DNA of 64,000 nucleotides from an uncultured Actinomycetota bacterium (GTDB lineage Bacteria > Actinomycetota > UBA4738): contig CAWAGG010000006.1 of NCBI GenBank assembly GCA_963781595.1, positions 1,690,107-1,754,106 on the forward strand, in the 5' to 3' direction. Below the pieces are notes generated by a model. It was given only the letters and a program-made list of their open reading frames with translations, made no database searches and was not told the DNA's origin. Position numbers and translations under genes: made by a program. This document shows, in pieces, positions 45,262 to 56,593 of this stretch (its first letter is position 1; each line of letters begins with the position of its first letter).

Positions 45262-45939
45262 ATGGCGACACCGGGCGCCGCCGGGGGATTGCGGGACCGG
45301 CTCGCGTCGCTGGAACGGCGGGAGAAGATCGGCCTCGCGGTCATCGGCGGGCTCGTCGTCGTGGGCGCGGTCGTCTGGTACATGCGCTCGCTCCCGTCGA
45401 CGGTGCAGATCACCGAGGTCGGCCGTGCGGGCGCTCAGGGTCCGCGGGCATCCGACGCGCCCGTCCCCGGTCCGTCCTCGACGCCGGCCGAGATCGTGGT
45501 CGACGTCGCCGGCCGGGTACGGCATCCCGGCGTCTACACGTTCCACGTCGGCGACCGCGTCGTCGACGCGATCGAGGCGGCCGGCGGGGCGCTCCCGGGT
45601 TCGGACCTGACCAGCCTGAACCTGGCGGCGCTGCTCACGGACGCCGAACAGATCGTCGTGGGGAAGGTGGGCGCCGGTGGGTCCGCCAGCGGCACCTCGG
45701 TCGGCGGCTCGTCGTCGGGCGGCTCCGGCGGCTCGGGGGCTCCCGGCGAGAAGGTGAACATCAACACGGCGACGGCCGATCAGCTCGAGGCGTTACCGGG
45801 CATCGGGCCGGTCCTGGCGCAGCGCATCGTGGACTATCGCGAGCAGCACGGCCCGTTCCGAAGCATCCGGGACCTGTTGAACGTGTCGGGCATCGGTGAT
45901 TCGCACATGGCGGACCTGGAACCGCTCGTGACCGTGTAG
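45262..45939 (+). CDS. comEA: ComEA-family DNA-binding protein (SLBB + helix-hairpin-helix)
   Basis: An N-terminal TM segment, an SLBB-like block (..VDVAGRVRHPGVYTFHVGDRVVDAIEAAGG..), and a C-terminal HhH block (NINTATADQLEALPGIGPVLAQRIVDYREQHGPF). Confidence 0.88.
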   Translation: MATPGAAGGLRDRLASLERREKIGLAVIGGLVVVGAVVWYMRSLPSTVQITEVGRAGAQGPRASDAPVPGPSSTPAEIVVDVAGRVRHPGVYTFHVGDRVVDAIEAAGGALPGSDLTSLNLAALLTDAEQIVVGKVGAGGSASGTSVGGSSSGGSGGSGAPGEKVNINTATADQLEALPGIGPVLAQRIVDYREQHGPFRSIRDLLNVSGIGDSHMADLEPLVTV

Positions 45940-45950
45940 GGCGGCGTCGG

Positions 45951-48278
45951 GTGGGGAACTGGTCCCTCGCGGCCGTCGCGGGCGGCTTCTGGGTCGGGAT
46001 CCTGGTCGCCGACCGGATGCCGATCGGCTTGACCTGGGCGACGGTGTCGGGGCTCGCCGGGCTCGTCTGTCTCGCGGTCGCGGCGGCGGGACCCTGGCGC
46101 GCCGGAGGGCGTCGGGCCGCCCTCGGCGCCGCGGCGGTCCTGGTGGCGGGATTCGCCCTGCTCGGAATGGGGGAGGGCACCCTCCGCGCCGTGCACCTCC
46201 GATCGTCGCCGCTGTACGTGGCGGCGGGTCGGTCGATCGTGGTTCGGGGCGCGCTCGACGGCGATCCGTCGCCGGGCGGGCTCGGATGGACGGTTCCACT
46301 GAACGTCGAGCTCGTGGTGCCCGAGCCGGGCGGCGAAGCCGGCGGGACCCGCGTCCACGACCCGGTCTGGATGGAGGGGCGCGGACCGCCGCCCCACCTG
46401 CACTCGGGCGACCGCGTCGAGGTCGACGGGCTCCTGGAGCTGCCGGGGGGCGAGTTCGGACGCTATCTGCTCCATCGCGGGTATGCGGCGGCCCTCTCGG
46501 CGAGCACGCTGCGGCGCCTGGGTCCTCCCTCCGGGCCGGTGGTCCGAGCCGCGGAGACGCTCCGGCGTGCCTTCCGCGCGTCCCTGCAGCGGGTGTTCCC
46601 GTCGAAGGAGGCCGGCCTGATGATGGGCCTCACGCTCGGCGACACGTCGCGGCTCGACCCCGGTGTCGAGGAGGACTTCAAGGCCACCGGCCTCACGCAC
46701 CTGCTCGCGGTGTCCGGCGAGAACCTCGCGATGTTCCTCGCGCCGCTGCTCGGGTTCGCACTCTGGCTGGGCGCGGGACCGCGGGCGCGCTTCGCGATCG
46801 GCCTCGGCGGCGTGGTGTTCTTCGCGCTCCTCACGAGGGCCGAACCCTCGGTGCTCCGTGCCTCCGCGATGGCGGTGCTCACGATGCTCGGCATCTTCCT
46901 CGGTCGCCCGCGGGCGGGCCCGACGATCCTGGGCGGCGGCGTCCTGGCGCTCCTGGCGCTGAACCCGACCCTCGTGTACTCGGTCGGGTTCCAGCTATCG
47001 GTCGCCGCCACCGCGGGCATGGTGCTGCTCGCCACCCCGATCGCGGCGCGGCTGCGGTTCCTCCCGAAGGGGATCGCGCTCGCGGCCGGGACGACGCTGG
47101 CGGCGCAGGCGGGCGTGACGCCCGTCCTGCTCTACTACTTCGGCTGGGTTCCGACGGTCACGATCGTGGCGAACGTCCTCGCGTACCCGGCGGTGGGGCC
47201 CGGCATGCTGCTCGGGCTGTTGGCAGCCGCCGTCGGCGTCGTCTGGAGCCTCGGCGGGGCCGCCGTCGCGCACCTCGCCGTCATGCCGCTCGGGTACCTC
47301 GAAGGTCTCGCGCACCGCCTCGCCCGGGCGCCGCTCCCGACGATCACGGCGACGACCGGCCGTGCCGTCCCGTTGCTCGTCGGGCTCGGTCTCGTCGCGC
47401 TCCTGGGATGGTGGCTTTCCTCAGGTCGAAGGCTCCCTGCGCGTGCGGCGATCGTCGCGAGCCTCATCCTCCCGCTCCTCGTCTGGGGCCACGCCATCGC
47501 CGCCGGCGCCCCGCGGGCGCTGACCGTGGTGTTCTTCGACGTCGGGCAGGGCGACGCGGCCCTGATCCGTTCGCCGGCAGGCGCGCAGGTCCTGATCGAC
47601 GGCGGGCCGGACCCGAGCCAGGTAGCGACGAAGCTCGCGGCGCTCGGCGTCCACCGGCTCGACCTGCTGGTCGCGACGCACCCGCACGCCGATCACGTGG
47701 CCGGCCTTCCCGTCGTGCTCGCGCGGATCGCGGTCGGGCTGGTCGTCGACCCTGGGTGCGCCGGCTCGTCCCCCTTCTACGCGGACTTCCTGCGCGCCGT
47801 TCACGCGAGCGGCGTCCCGTTCCGGCATCCGCGGCCGGGCGCCGAGCTGCGGATCGCCGATGTCCGGCTCGAGGTCCTGGCGCCCGACCACTGCTGGAGC
47901 GGGACCGATTCGGATCCGAACAACGACTCGGTCGTCCTTCGGATGGAGAGCGGCGAGTCGTCCGTCTTGTTCACGGGCGACGCCGAACGTGAGAACCAGA
48001 CCGACATGCTCCGGGACGAGGCGGCGCATCTGACCGCGACCGTCCTGAAGGTTCCCCACCACGGCGGGAACACGTCGCTCCCGGAGTTCCTCGCCGCCGT
48101 CCACGCCCGCGTCGCGATCGTCAGCGTCGGCCAGCCGAACCGGTACGGGCATCCGAACCCCGAGGTCCTCGCGGAGCTCAGGCACGACGGGATGCGCGTC
48201 TACCGGACCGACCGCTCGGGGGACATCACGCTGACGTTCGATCGGGGGAGGGTCGAGATACGATCGGCGCATGCCTGA
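45951..48278 (+). CDS. comEC: ComEC/Rec2 DNA internalisation channel protein with C-terminal metallo-beta-lactamase domain
   Basis: 775 aa. The polytopic competence domain contains ..TGLTHLLAVSGENLA.. The MBL motif is VATHPHADHVAGL, and ..LKVPHHGG.. is also present. Confidence 0.9.
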   Translation: MGNWSLAAVAGGFWVGILVADRMPIGLTWATVSGLAGLVCLAVAAAGPWRAGGRRAALGAAAVLVAGFALLGMGEGTLRAVHLRSSPLYVAAGRSIVVRGALDGDPSPGGLGWTVPLNVELVVPEPGGEAGGTRVHDPVWMEGRGPPPHLHSGDRVEVDGLLELPGGEFGRYLLHRGYAAALSASTLRRLGPPSGPVVRAAETLRRAFRASLQRVFPSKEAGLMMGLTLGDTSRLDPGVEEDFKATGLTHLLAVSGENLAMFLAPLLGFALWLGAGPRARFAIGLGGVVFFALLTRAEPSVLRASAMAVLTMLGIFLGRPRAGPTILGGGVLALLALNPTLVYSVGFQLSVAATAGMVLLATPIAARLRFLPKGIALAAGTTLAAQAGVTPVLLYYFGWVPTVTIVANVLAYPAVGPGMLLGLLAAAVGVVWSLGGAAVAHLAVMPLGYLEGLAHRLARAPLPTITATTGRAVPLLVGLGLVALLGWWLSSGRRLPARAAIVASLILPLLVWGHAIAAGAPRALTVVFFDVGQGDAALIRSPAGAQVLIDGGPDPSQVATKLAALGVHRLDLLVATHPHADHVAGLPVVLARIAVGLVVDPGCAGSSPFYADFLRAVHASGVPFRHPRPGAELRIADVRLEVLAPDHCWSGTDSDPNNDSVVLRMESGESSVLFTGDAERENQTDMLRDEAAHLTATVLKVPHHGGNTSLPEFLAAVHARVAIVSVGQPNRYGHPNPEVLAELRHDGMRVYRTDRSGDITLTFDRGRVEIRSAHA

Positions 48279-49272
48279 TCGGAACGACCACTCGGGAGCA
48301 GCCGCGCGAGCAACCGTGACGCTCCTCTGGGGCGATGACGGGTTCCTCCTCGGCGACGCCGCCCGGGCGCGCCTGCGCGAGCTGGGCGTGGAGGCGACCG
48401 AGGTCGACGGCGTTACGTGGCAGGGCGGGGAGACCACCGATCTCTCGACGCCGTCGCTGTGGGGCGAACGCCGCGCGCTCCTCGTCCTTGGCGCCGAGGG
48501 CCTCCCGGATCGGGGGGTTCACGAGATCGAGGCGTACCTCGCGGCCCCGAGCCCGGACGCCGTCCTGGTGCTCACCGCCCTCACGCGCGCGGCCAAGGCG
48601 CCGAAGTGGGCCGCCGCGGTCGAGGCCACAGGGGGCAGGGTGGTCCACGTCGCGCTCCGCAAGCAGGACCTCCCTCGCTGGCTGGGCCAGCGGGCGGAGG
48701 CCGCCGGCCTTCGGCTCACCTCGGCGGGCGCGGCGGCGCTTGCGGCGACCCTCGGCGAGGACCCCGCCACCCTGCATCAGGCGGTCGTGCAGCTGGCCTC
48801 GGCGTTCCGGGCCGGCTCCGTCGGGCCGAACGAGGTGCACGCGCAGTTCCAGGGCGTCGGCGAACAGCGTGTGTGGGACCTCTGCGACCGCGCTTTCGCG
48901 GGGCGACTCGGAGACGCGCTCGTGGCGCTCCGCTCGATGCTCGCCGACCGGGACGAGTCACTCGTGATCCTCGGTGGCATCGCGTCGCGCATCCGCGACC
49001 TGATCCGGATCCGGGCCCTGCCCGAACGGCTCCCGCCGGCCGAGGCGGCCAAGCGCGCGGGCCTGCGGTTCGACTGGCAGGTGCGGCGCTACCGCGAGCA
49101 GGCGGGCCGGTTCTCCGCCGCCGAGCTGGCGGCGCTCCACGCGCGCATCGTCGAAGCCGATCGCGCGCTCAAGGGAGGGGTAGCCGGGTCGGTCCTGCTC
49201 CCGACGATCGTCGCGGCCATGGCCGGGCAGCCGGAAGCCGCGCTCGACGTCGAGATCCGTTCGAGTCGCTGA
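48271..49272 (+). CDS. holA: DNA polymerase III delta subunit
   Basis: 333 aa in the conserved position after comEC and convergent with rpsT. The pattern ..LLWGDDGFLL.. and ..LVLTALTRAAKAPKW.. is consistent with HolA. Its sequence is inherently weakly conserved. Confidence 0.75.
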   Translation: MPDRNDHSGAAARATVTLLWGDDGFLLGDAARARLRELGVEATEVDGVTWQGGETTDLSTPSLWGERRALLVLGAEGLPDRGVHEIEAYLAAPSPDAVLVLTALTRAAKAPKWAAAVEATGGRVVHVALRKQDLPRWLGQRAEAAGLRLTSAGAAALAATLGEDPATLHQAVVQLASAFRAGSVGPNEVHAQFQGVGEQRVWDLCDRAFAGRLGDALVALRSMLADRDESLVILGGIASRIRDLIRIRALPERLPPAEAAKRAGLRFDWQVRRYREQAGRFSAAELAALHARIVEADRALKGGVAGSVLLPTIVAAMAGQPEAALDVEIRSSR

Positions 49273-49280
49273 GTGCGGGT

Positions 49281-49298
49281 CCGGCGCGGTGGCGCCGG
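49281..49298. terminator. Hairpin between convergent holA and rpsT (bidirectional terminator candidate)
   Basis: CCGGCGC-GGTG-GCGCCGG is a perfect 7-bp stem with a 4-nt loop, 9 nt after the holA stop and 12 nt after the rpsT stop. It has only a weak U-tract. Confidence 0.45.
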
Positions 49299-49309
49299 GT
49301 TCGCGAGCG

Positions 49310-49579
49310 CTACTCGGAGGTCGCGGACGCCGCGGCGCGCGCCAGACGCGACTTCCGCCGCGCCGCTGTGCGCTTGTGCAGGGCGCCCTTCGAGACCGCC
49401 TTGTCGAGCTGACGGGCGGCGTGCCGGTAGGACTCGGTCGCCGCGTCGCCGTCGCCGTCTTCTGCCGCGGTCCGGACCCGCTTCGCGTCGGTCTTCAGCG
49501 AGGTTCGAACCGACTTGTTGCGAACCCGGCGCGCCTCGTTCTGGCGGTTGCGCTTGATCTGGGACTTGATGTTCGCCAT
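49310..49579 (-). CDS. rpsT: 30S ribosomal protein S20
   Basis: [30 protein letters not shown].. is the canonical S20 N-terminus. Confidence 0.95.
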   Translation of the reverse strand: MANIKSQIKRNRQNEARRVRNKSVRTSLKTDAKRVRTAAEDGDGDAATESYRHAARQLDKAVSKGALHKRTAARRKSRLARAAASATSE

Positions 49580-49644
49580 GAGCGCGCCAGTCTAGCAGCA
49601 GGTTCCCGGGCGGCCGGGGTGCGTCGCGTACGCTAGCCGGCGCG

Positions 49645-51455
<1,811 letters not shown>

Positions 51456-51459
<4 letters not shown>

Positions 51460-52646
51460 CTCCGGCGAACGCTTCCCTCGCGAGCGGCGCGGAGCGCCGC
51501 TCGCTCGGTCCAGATGTTCGCCTCCGCCATCCGCTCGCCCCTGCCGGGTCGGCTGGGCTGTACGTGCACATACCCTTCTGTCTCACGCGGTGCGGGTACT
51601 GCGACTTCAACACGCACGCGGGGATGGATTATCTGGCGTCTCCGTACGTGGGGGCATTGCTTCGCGAAGCCGACCTCAGCGCTCCGGCGTGGTCTGGGGT
51701 GCCGTTCGTTTCGGTGTTCCTGGGTGGGGGGACGCCCACGATCCTGCCGGTTCCGGAGATGGTAAGGATGCTTGACCATCTTCGAGGGGCGTTCGAAGTC
51801 GGCCCTGACGCGGAGGTCACGTCGGAGGCGAATCCCGACACGGTCGATGTCGGGTACCTCACGGCGATGCGGGAGGCTGGGGTCACACGGGTGTCGATGG
51901 GGGCGCAGTCGTTCGACCCGGTCGTGCTGCGGGCGCTGGAGCGGATCCACCAGCCGGAGGCGGTGCGGCGGGCGTTCGGGGCGGCGCGGGCGGCGGGGTT
52001 CGACAACGTGAACGTGGATCTGATCTACGGCGCGAGCGGGGAGTCGCTCGACTCGTGGCGGCGGACGCTCGAGGAGACGATCGCGCTGGGGCCGGAGCAC
52101 GTCTCCGCGTACGCGTTGACGATCGAGCCGGCGACGCCGCTCGGGCGTGCGGTCGCGGCCGGGCGGACGCCGCATCCAGACGGCGACCTCCAGGCGGACA
52201 TGTACGCCGCGGCGTGCGAGGCGTTCGCCGCCGCGGGCTACGAGCACTACGAGGTCTCGAACTGGGCGAAGCCCGGCCGCCGGTGCGCACACAACCTCGG
52301 GTACTGGCAGGGGCGGCCGTACCTGGGGCTCGGCGCGGGGGCGCACTCGTACCGCGACGGGCGACGGTGGTGGAACGTTCGACCGCCCCAGCAGTACATG
52401 GACCTGGTGGACGGCGGCGAGCGGCCGGTGGGGGGCGACGAGACGCTCTCACCCGACCAGCGTGATCTCGAACGCCTCCTCCTGGGCTTGCGGGTCGCGG
52501 ACGGCGTCCCGGAGGCGTGGGTGGACGCGGACGAGGCGGCTCGGTTCGTCGCCGAGGGACTCGCGCGCCGGAGCGGCGGCCGCGTGGCGCTCACGGACCG
52601 CGGCCTGCTGCTCGCGAACGAGCTGGTCCTGTCGCTCTCCGTCTAA
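51456..52646 (+). CDS. hemW: Radical-SAM heme chaperone HemW (HemN-like, oxygen-independent coproporphyrinogen-III-oxidase family)
   Basis: The ATG overlaps the lepA stop (ATGA). The CxxxCxxC motif is [11 protein letters not shown], and ..GGGTP.. and ..VSMGAQSF.. are present. lepA-hemW is conserved synteny. Confidence 0.88.
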
Positions 52647-52653
52647 CGGCGGG

Positions 52654-53691
52654 CTACGGCGACGGGGTCGAACCGGGATCCCAGCACGGCACGCCCGCGA
52701 CGTCGTTCGCCGGATCGAACGCGTCGAAGGCCACGTCCTTGGCATCCTGAGACACGACGATGACCTCCGCCTGGCCCGCGTTCGGCCCGTGCGCCAGGAT
52801 CGTCTGGGTCACGGTGTACGTGCTCTGATCCTGCGAGAGCACCGCGCGCGTCGAGATGATCGTCGCCATGTCGCCGCCGCCCGGGTACGGGCCACCCTGG
52901 CACGTGAAGAAGCTCAGGTGGGTGACGGACCCGCCGGTGGCGAGCGCGGGCGGCTTGCCGGCTGGGAACCCCGGCGCTGCCGGCGCGATCACGAGGTACC
53001 GGTCGGGTCCCGTCTCGCTCGGCAGGACGTTCAGCAGCGCGTAGCGGGTCGTCGACGCCCCCTGCGCGGTCTCCAGCACCAGGGCGTTCGTTCCGTCGTT
53101 CATCGGGATCGAACCCACCGCGGCGCACGCGTCGGCCGAACACTCGGGGAGCGGCCACGCACCGGCGGAGCCGTCGCCCCACGTGACCGCGATGCCCCAG
53201 TCGGGCTGCGGCGAACGGTCGAACGGATCCGGCCACGGACAGTCCGGCGGCACCACGGTGGTGGTGTCGTCCGTGCCGTCGCCGTCGAAGTCGGCCGTGA
53301 TCTGCGTGATCGAGCCGCTGCAGGTCGGGGTCGGAGACGGCGTCACCGTGGGGCTCTCGGTCGGCGACGCGCTCTCGCTCGGCGTGGGCTCGGTCGTGGT
53401 CGGGGCGGCCGCGGGTTGGCCCGAACCGCCGCCGAACGCCCGGATCAGCGCGTAGGTCCCCCCCGCCGTGGCGGCGACGACTGCGACGGCGAGGGCGACG
53501 GTTCCGGCCCGCCGGCGGACCCGGCGGGCGGCCTTCTTCTCGACCACCGCCTCGTACGCGCCCGCCGGATCCGCCGGCTCCGCGGCCCCGTCGAGCCTGC
53601 GCCGGATCCGCTCGCCGGCCGGGTCGCCTTCGCCTTCGGCCCCGCCTGCGCCGGATCCTCCGCCTCGGGTCACGTCGTCATCGTTCGGCAT
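52654..53691 (-). CDS. Putative anti-sigma-factor-like membrane protein (single TM, Pro/Thr-rich linker, Cys-containing extracytoplasmic domain)
   Basis: Its start overlaps the sigma-factor stop by 14 nt. The TM segment is GTVALAVAVVAATAGGTYALI. There is no HxxxCxxC zinc motif. The ectodomain has a DFDGDGTDD motif and several Cys residues. The function is inferred from position only. Confidence 0.5.
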   Translation of the reverse strand: MPNDDDVTRGGGSGAGGAEGEGDPAGERIRRRLDGAAEPADPAGAYEAVVEKKAARRVRRRAGTVALAVAVVAATAGGTYALIRAFGGGSGQPAAAPTTTEPTPSESASPTESPTVTPSPTPTCSGSITQITADFDGDGTDDTTTVVPPDCPWPDPFDRSPQPDWGIAVTWGDGSAGAWPLPECSADACAAVGSIPMNDGTNALVLETAQGASTTRYALLNVLPSETGPDRYLVIAPAAPGFPAGKPPALATGGSVTHLSFFTCQGGPYPGGGDMATIISTRAVLSQDQSTYTVTQTILAHGPNAGQAEVIVVSQDAKDVAFDAFDPANDVAGVPCWDPGSTPSP

Positions 53692-54286
53692 GATCGTTCG
53701 CCTCCTCGGCTCCGTCACGGTCGTCGCCGAGCGCGCGCGAGAGGGCCGCGCGGGCGCGGAACAGGGTCGTCTTGGCCGTTCCTTCGCTCACGTGCAGCGC
53801 CTCGGCCACCTCGGCGACCGAGAGGTCGAGGTAGTAGCGCAGGACGACGGCCTCGCGCTGGCGGCGCGACAGCGTCGAGAGCGCGCGTTCGACGTCGATG
53901 CGCTCCTCCGCGGCGGTCGTCAGCTCGCCCGCGTGCGCCGGTCGCGCCGACGCCTCGAGCCGTCCGCGGGCCCGCCGCTCGGCGAGCCGGCGACGGATCG
54001 CGCTCCGTGTGAGGTTCGTCGCGACCACCGTGACCCATGCGCCCAGGGACTCCACGCGCTGGCCGCGTTCGCTGCGCTCCCAGGCGCGCGCGAGCGCCTC
54101 CTGGACCGAATCCTCGGCCGCGGCCCGGCTCCCGGACGCGAGCGTCAGGCCGGCGACGATCCGCGGGTAGTCCGTTCCGAGGAACCGCCGCACCGTGTAC
54201 TCGTCCACCGGCTTCGCCCGATCCCTTCCTTCGCCCGGCCGCGTTCCGACATGTGATGACGCTCGACCGGGCCTGCCGGTTGACAT
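53678..54286 (-). CDS. ECF-type (group 4) sigma-70 family RNA polymerase sigma factor
   Basis: Region 2 is ..AEDSVQEALARAWERSE..LGAWVTVVATNLTRSAIRRR.. Region 4 is ..LSRRQREAVVLRYYLDLSVAEVAEALHVSEGTAKTTLFRARAAL.. The start is either ATG 54286 or GTG 54208. Confidence 0.85.
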   Translation of the reverse strand: MSTGRPGRASSHVGTRPGEGRDRAKPVDEYTVRRFLGTDYPRIVAGLTLASGSRAAAEDSVQEALARAWERSERGQRVESLGAWVTVVATNLTRSAIRRRLAERRARGRLEASARPAHAGELTTAAEERIDVERALSTLSRRQREAVVLRYYLDLSVAEVAEALHVSEGTAKTTLFRARAALSRALGDDRDGAEEANDHAER

Positions 54287-54335
54287 CGTGGGGCACGAGG
54301 GACCGCCGATGGGGGAGGCCGGGCTTCGACGGTCG

Positions 54336-54362
54336 CTAGCACTCCCTCCGGTAGACTGCTAA
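54336..54362 (+). promoter_or_regulatory. CIRCE operator (HrcA binding site)
   Basis: CTAGCACTC-N9-GACTGCTAA compared with the consensus TTAGCACTC-N9-GAGTGCTAA gives 16 of 18 matches. It lies 34 nt upstream of the hrcA ATG. Confidence 0.85.
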
Positions 54363-54395
54363 TGGATCGAACGCGGGAGGCGCGAGACGGCAGCC

Positions 54396-55455
54396 ATGCA
54401 GCAGACACCGAGGCTCACCGAGCGCAAGGCGAGGATCCTGAGCGCGCTGGTCGGCCACTACATCCGGACCGGGGAACCGGTCGGGAGCGAAGCGCTGGCG
54501 GCCGCGACCGGCCTCACGGTCAGCTCTGCGACGATCCGCAACGAACTCGCCGCGCTCGAAGAGATGGGCTACCTGGCGCAGCCGCACCCCTCCGCCGGAC
54601 GGGTGCCCACCGACCTCGGCTACCGGCACTTCGTCGACTCGCTGCCCTCCCGGATGCGCCTGGGGGAGACCGAGCGTCGAGCGATCCTCGGGTTCTTCGA
54701 TGCAGCCCTCGCCGACGTCGACGAGATCCTCCGGGGGACCACGCAGCTCCTGTCGCGACTGACGCGGCACGCCTCGGTCGCGCTCACGCGGAACCCGCGC
54801 GAAGGGAGCGTCGCCCGGGTCGAACTGGTCGGCCTCGGTTCCGGGGCGCTCCTGCTGGTCGTGTTCGACACGGGACAGGTGGAGAAGCGGATCCTCGAGC
54901 TCCCCGAGGAGATCGGCGCCGAGGAGGCCGAACGCATCTCCTCCGCGCTCGGCGACGACGTGAAGGGCTCGTCGCTCGGGGACGTGCGGGCCACCGCGCG
55001 GTTGCGCTCTCGCGTCTCGCAGGACGAGCGCGAGCGCCGCGTGCTGACCGAGCTGGCCGACGCGCTCGATTCGCTCTCCGAGTCCGTCCAGGCCGAACAC
55101 GTCCTGTACGGCGGCGTGGCGAACATCGCCGCCGAGCGCGGCGTTCGAGCGCCGGGAGACGCTCCGCGAGGTCTACGAGGCGCTCGAACGCGAGACCGAG
55201 ATCCTCGAGCTGCTGCGGCAGACGGCGGTGATCACCGAGCCGGTGCGGGTGACGATCGGCCGGGAGAACCCCGTGTCGGGGATGTGGGAGACCACCATGA
55301 TCGCGGCGCCGTTCGGGGCCGGGAGCGGCTCGACGAACGCCCTCGGGACGATCGGCGTGGTCGGCCCGACGCGCATGGACTACGCCGCGGCGATCTCGGC
55401 GGTGCGCGCCGTCGCGGACCGGCTCTCCGCCGCGGTCGAGGCCCTGGACGGATAG
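54396..55455 (+). pseudogene. hrcA: Heat-inducible transcription repressor HrcA with a broken reading frame
   Basis: The N-terminal frame reads ..RKARILSALVGHYIRTGEPVGSEAL..SSATIRNELAALEEMGYLAQPHPSAGRVPTDLGYR.. up to ..GGVANIAAER. The conserved C-terminus FERRETLREVYEALERETEILELL..IGVVGPTRMDYAAAISAVRAVADRLS.. is in the +1 frame and runs to TAG 55453-55455. The span of 1060 nt is a multiple of 3 plus 1. Confidence 0.85.
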
Positions 55456-55462
55456 GGCGGCG

Positions 55463-56593
55463 ATGGCCTCGCGGCTGCCCGATCTCTACGGCGTGCTCGG
55501 CGTCGCGCACGACGCGTCCGACGACGAGATCAAGCGCGCGTACCGTCAGCTCGCCCGCGAGCTGCATCCCGACGTGAACGGCGACCCGCAGGCCGAACAG
55601 CGCTTCAAGGAGATCACCGCCGCGTACGACACGCTCTCCGATCCGGGTCGTCGCCGCCAGTACGACCTCTTCGGGCGCTTCGGGGCCGGGGTCCCCGGCG
55701 GTGGCGTCGGCCCGGACGTGTTCCCGTTCGGCGACTTCAGCGACATCTTCGACGTGTTCTTCGGCGGCGGTGGCCGGGGCGGCCGGAGGCGCGGGCGCAG
55801 GTCGCGCGCGCGGCCGGGCGAGGACCTCCGGGTGCCGCTCGAGCTGGCGTTCGAGCAGGCTGCGTTCGGCCTGAAGACCGAGGTCGAGATCCAGACGATG
55901 TCGACGTGCGCGCGGTGCGACGGCTCGGGGAGCGAGCCGGGGACCGCCCCCGCCAGGTGCCCCCAGTGCGGCGGGCAGGGCGATGTGCAGGAGGTCGCAC
56001 GGAGCATCTTCGGCACGGTGATGACCGCACGACCCTGCCCCACGTGCGACGGCGCGGGCGAGATCGTGCCCAACCCGTGCAGCGAGTGCCGCGGCGAAGG
56101 GCGCGTGCGGGCCCGGCGCACGCTCCCCATCGAGGTGCCGGCGGGGGTCGCGGACGGGATGGACCTTCGCCTCCCGCGCGAGGGGATGGCCGGGCGCGCC
56201 GGCGGCCCGTCGGGCGATCTGTACGTCTCCTTCCAGGTCAAGCCGCACCCGGTGTTCGAACGCCGCGGCCAAGACCTCGTATGCGAGCTGTCGGTACCGA
56301 TGACGATGGCGGCGCTCGGCGCCGACGTCGAGATCCTGACCCTCGAGGGGGCCGAGACCCTCCGATTGGATGCGGGCATCGGGTCGGGCACCGTGATCCG
56401 TCTGCGTGGGAAGGGCATCCCGAACCTCGAACGCCGGGGTCGTGGGGATCTGTTCGTCACGGTGGTCGTCGAGACGCCCGACCCGCGGTCCAAGGAGGAA
56501 CGGGCGCTGCTCGAACGCTTGGCCGAGCTCCGGGGCGAGAAGGTGTCCACCGGCGGACGACTGTCGGGCCGGCTGCGCAAGCTCCTCGGGTGA
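55463..56593 (+). CDS. dnaJ: Molecular chaperone DnaJ
   Basis: J-domain ..YGVLGVAHDASDDEIKRAYRQLARELHPDVN.., a Gly-rich linker, and four CxxCxGxG zinc-finger repeats (CARCDGSG, CPQCGGQG, CPTCDGAG, CSECRGEG). Confidence 0.95.
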   Translation: MASRLPDLYGVLGVAHDASDDEIKRAYRQLARELHPDVNGDPQAEQRFKEITAAYDTLSDPGRRRQYDLFGRFGAGVPGGGVGPDVFPFGDFSDIFDVFFGGGGRGGRRRGRRSRARPGEDLRVPLELAFEQAAFGLKTEVEIQTMSTCARCDGSGSEPGTAPARCPQCGGQGDVQEVARSIFGTVMTARPCPTCDGAGEIVPNPCSECRGEGRVRARRTLPIEVPAGVADGMDLRLPREGMAGRAGGPSGDLYVSFQVKPHPVFERRGQDLVCELSVPMTMAALGADVEILTLEGAETLRLDAGIGSGTVIRLRGKGIPNLERRGRGDLFVTVVVETPDPRSKEERALLERLAELRGEKVSTGGRLSGRLRKLLG

